DNA of 58,070 nucleotides, the filler included, from Sluysia triapertura (taxonomy: Eukaryota), in the NCBI GenBank assembly GCA_046118255.1. It is 4 parts of 4 records of this genome, joined end to end, with 100 filler letters (N's around TTAATTAATTAA, not from the genome) between each part and the next. Parts side by side here need not be neighbours in the genome. Positions count along the whole stretch, not along the records: positions 46,834 to 58,070 come from JBJNIA010186958.1; 3 more parts are not named here. One strand, written 5' to 3'. The first letter of the stretch is position 1. Every line of letters begins with the position of its first letter. Positions 54,460 to 58,070 of the stretch are shown here, piece after piece. The notes beneath the pieces are model-generated. The model was not told the DNA's origin. It saw nothing but the letters and a program-made list of their open reading frames with translations, and did no database searches. Made by a program: the position numbers and the translations under genes.

Positions 54460-56502
54460 GTGATGCCTCTGGGTCAAATTGAGATAGAGACATCGACAAT
54501 GCTAATTGTTATTTTAATTGTGGCTACTAAAATTAGGATCTGATTTATAACGATAGCTATAATATTTTTACTGAAATATTTTTACACACCACAATTAACC
54601 AGAACAATTTTAGTAAATTTTAAGCACAATTAAAATTACATGCTCCAAAAATTCCCTTACTCTAAAAATTATATAAAAACTCAACTTTATTATTACAAAA
54701 TCTTTGATATTCATGAAGACTCTAAAATAAATTCAAAACGATCAACATGTGTTTTTTCCATTATAGTAACTAAGTTAGTTTATTTTTATAGGAATTGATA
54801 TTATTAAGATATCTGCGTAAAATCTTACATAAAATCATATTTGTAATTATTTTGAATCTTATAATAGATTCACCGTAAAATCTTATTAAAATAATTTTTG
54901 AGCGAAAGAATTTTGGTTAATTCTTAAATTTTAAATAATAAACCTTTGACTTAAATTCTTTAATTTTTTGAATCATATTAACTTCTATTGCTTCAACTAT
55001 AAAATCATTCGTTAGAGTATAATTCTAACAACGTAAACTAATTATTCCAATCCTGTTTAAAAGGATCAGCGAAAAATCATATCTAAAATTCTTGAATAAA
55101 TTTTATAAACTTTTACTATTGAGTTGATAGGTAGATATTACAAATATTTAACATAACTCTAAAATTTAAATTTTATTAACCTCCAATACTCTTACTTTAC
55201 AAATCCAATGGTTGGCCCTCGCTGGTAAGTCCAGCACGTTGGTGAACTCACAGTTTTAATTTAAACTTTTATTCTAACACACACTATTTCTCACAGTTAT
55301 ATTAAATGTCATAACTAATTATTTTAGTCCTAGTGATGAAACTTCATAACTTTTAGATGTTGCGTAGAGAGCAGACTTATCTTATTAAAGTAGTTATGAA
55401 ATTTGTAATAGAACATGAAGTTATTCAGATGTTTAATTCAAGATTATTACAGAAATGTTTAGCGTCTTCTATTAAAATCATAAGAAATGAAACTCTATCT
55501 ATTCTCAACATTAAAATTGTCGATATTGAAGTAGCTATTAAATTTTATAAGAATCCTACTAAGAACGTCAATGATATAACTGACAATACATCTTTATTGA
55601 AGATTTATCATTTATTTTTTAATCATGTTGTTTATGTTATCAATGTATTTAGTAATAAATCAGATAAAAATTAGCAAAAGTTTTAATAATATTGCATTTT
55701 TAATTTATAATACGATTTCATCACCACAATTTCAACAACCTTTTAATGATGAATATTTTGTCATGATACATCCATTAACAAAATGCACGAATGATATTCA
55801 ATATATTTTGTCGACATTTATAAATATAATCGTCTCATGCCATAATGATATTATCATCTAAATTAATTGTTTAATTCGTATTTGGCCACAATTTCCTTCA
55901 TTGTTCACCATGACGGCAGTTGGAATACACTGGTGGGGTCCCGTAATCCAAAAAAATTTCAAGTATAAATTATCAGTAATTTTCTTATTTTGATAATAAT
56001 ATTTATTCAACCCGATGATTAAATTTTTAAATCAAATTAATAACTCAATAATTTAATTACAAAAATCAAATACAAATTGCTATTATAAGTTTCAACTTTA
56101 GCGATAAAAATGACTAAATCACAAAGTTGACAATAATGTTTATAATATTATAGACGCAACAATCTATCCCAAGAAACCAGAGGTGACGCAACAGTAAGAA
56201 AATATTAATTATTATTCACAAATATTCCTTAATAATAATCAAATATAAATTTCCCAAAAACACAAAAACAAATTACTGCAACATTCTTTGAGAATTAATC
56301 CGACAATAATAACTTTGCCAGTTACATGGTATAGAATGTCAAACTTTATTAGATACAAAACACAAAAAATCGATTTACGATTATCTATTATTTTCCTTTC
56401 CTTTTCTCAATCTACTTTTACTTAAATTAATTCTCATATTAATATAACAATCATTATTATTGTTAACACACAAAAAAGAATTTAATTTTAGTTTTCAGAA
56501 TT

Positions 56503-56659
56503 TGTTGGAATATAGGCCTAAGGTGCCATTTGGTATAAATGAATATATTAATCTAGAAATTGTTAGACGGGGCTGATAGCTCAGCGATAAAGCATCGAAC
56601 TGCGCAGCTACGAGGTCCCGGGTTCGATCCCCGGTCAGTCCATTTTATGAAGTCGAACA
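56503..56659 (+). mobile_element. 157-bp TG..CA element with an internal tRNA-like gene (Helenus-like solo LTR)
   Basis: TGTTGGA..TCGAACA termini; AATT duplicated at 56499-56502 and 56660-56663; empty site at ~33605-33620. Confidence 0.85.
56570..56642 (+). tRNA. tRNA-like sequence with a non-canonical anticodon arm
   Basis: Acceptor GGGCTGA/TCAGTCC, A-box TAGCTCAGCGAT, T-arm CCGGG-TTCGATC-CCCGG, followed by TTTT. The anticodon arm does not form a 5+7+5 structure. Confidence 0.7.
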
Positions 56660-58002
56660 AATTTAATTGATTTTTGGTTTTTCACACCCAATTTTCTTTT
56701 GGAAAATGTTTAAGCTTCTTATTCCCAAACAAACAAATATCTCAAACTCACTTCTAGATACTCCTCTTTCATAGAAATCATTTCATATTCAATTCATTAT
56801 GTTTGTATAATTCTAAGTATAAAAAATTCAACATTTCATAATTTAGAATTAATTAAAATTTGACTTTGCTCAGTATTAAGGCTTCCTTGGCATGAACTCG
56901 ATCAAGCGATATCTTCATCGAAACGTTTCAAAACAAATACATACAGTTTCGAATTTAACATAGCATTCCGCATTCAAAAGTTATTCACAAAAACATACTT
57001 TTTCTTAATTAACTTAATTAGGATTTTAATTAATCAATCTATTTTTAGACATAATCTCATTTTATGTTTAAAGGTTTTATTAAAGTTTTGAAGTTATTTA
57101 ATAATTTATAAGGCATTCAGAGGCTCTAGATGTTTTCACCTTCAACACTCTGATTCCTTTTTCTACTTCATGTTAATTATTACCATATATTAAACTTATC
57201 TTTATTATTTTGAATGATTTTATATCTTAAACATTTTAAATACTCTATAAGGTTACTAGAAGATCCAGAATGTCTATCAAGTTTTGAAGAATACCTAAAG
57301 GTTAATAAGTCTTAGATTATCTCAAGATTAAGAAGCTCAAAGATACTCTAATGCCTTCAAGTATTTTCAAGTCCATTTCAAGCTTCCACAAGGTCTCGAC
57401 ATATTATATAGATCTTTGGAGTGCCAAGGTATTCTTTAGCTGTCAACATTATTATAGATAGTTTCATTTTCATGATTCTTATCCAACAATGTTTATAATT
57501 TCAATCTATTACTTTATATCAACTCTTCCTTCATTTTGTGGCTCTACATTTCTCTTACTCATCTTCTAATCCGCAGTTAGTTTCATCTATGAAACTATGA
57601 GCCAAATCAAATAATGCTTGTGGTCACTAGATCGCAATAGAATATACATACATGCATACATACATACATACATATTCTGACTAAGAAATCATTTATTTTC
57701 GAGCATATTTATATTGATTATATATGCTTTAATTTTACGTTAACAATTTTATTGCAATTTAAATCAACTAAAATATAAATAAAAACTAGTTTCTTTATAA
57801 ATTATCATTTTTTTAATTCGGTTCCTTATTTCAATTCTATTCTTATCGCACTTAATGCTAATTTCTTATTTAAGATTTTTGCATACCAAAAGTTTTTCAG
57901 AACACCTTATAAAAATAAAACATTCCTTTTTTCAAATAATTATAAACATATTAACATATTCTCTGCCAATTACGAGTTAATTACTAGAAATCATATAATT
58001 AA

Positions 58003-58070
58003 CCCCTTAACGCGCAAGCCCGAGTGTCACTCGGGCATGCACAATTTTTATATTTCTTAATTTAATGACG
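58003..58070 (+). mobile_element. Probable piggyBac-like MITE left end (runs off the window)
   Basis: TTAA-CCCC start with subterminal palindrome GCCCGAGTG-T-CACTCGGGC. Confidence 0.5.

Larger units (their letters stand above)
56461..57590 (+). mobile_element. R1 ~1.1-kb solo-LTR-like repeat
   Basis: Starts TGTTAACAC (TATTGACAC in the 33567 copy). The family's other end is ..CCAACA (8408 and 9149 copies), giving TGTTG..CAACA-like termini. The right boundary is approximate. Confidence 0.65.

Overview
Very AT-rich eukaryotic, most likely animal, scaffold DNA. It is broken into four contigs by three 100-bp N-spacers (N44-TTAATTAATTAA-N44). Host genes read by hand: three 3' exons of CTNNBL1 (+), one isolated PRPSAP exon (-), the last exon of glutamine synthetase (-), and a 4-exon K/E-rich gene with 31-38 nt introns (-). 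Most of the remainder is transposon and pseudogene material. This includes a decayed Maverick/Polinton (integrase, minor-capsid-like and small ORFs), the 3' part of an RLE-type non-LTR retrotransposon, pogo and piggyBac MITEs, and a ~1.1-kb LTR-like repeat (R1). One R1 copy carries a nested 157-bp TG..CA element with a 4-bp TSD and an internal tRNA-like gene. The most striking pattern is a second ~1-kb repeat (R2). It has a TGT(A/G)GTGG terminus, a strand-biased body and two covarying hairpins. It repeatedly sits, often as inward-facing pairs, next to decayed copies of unrelated host genes (KDM1B/LSD2 N-terminus, a K2P channel, unknown genes), which suggests a gene-capturing element. There is also an orphan, near-perfect heat-shock promoter. 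Protein identities come from recalled motif similarity; no database search was run.
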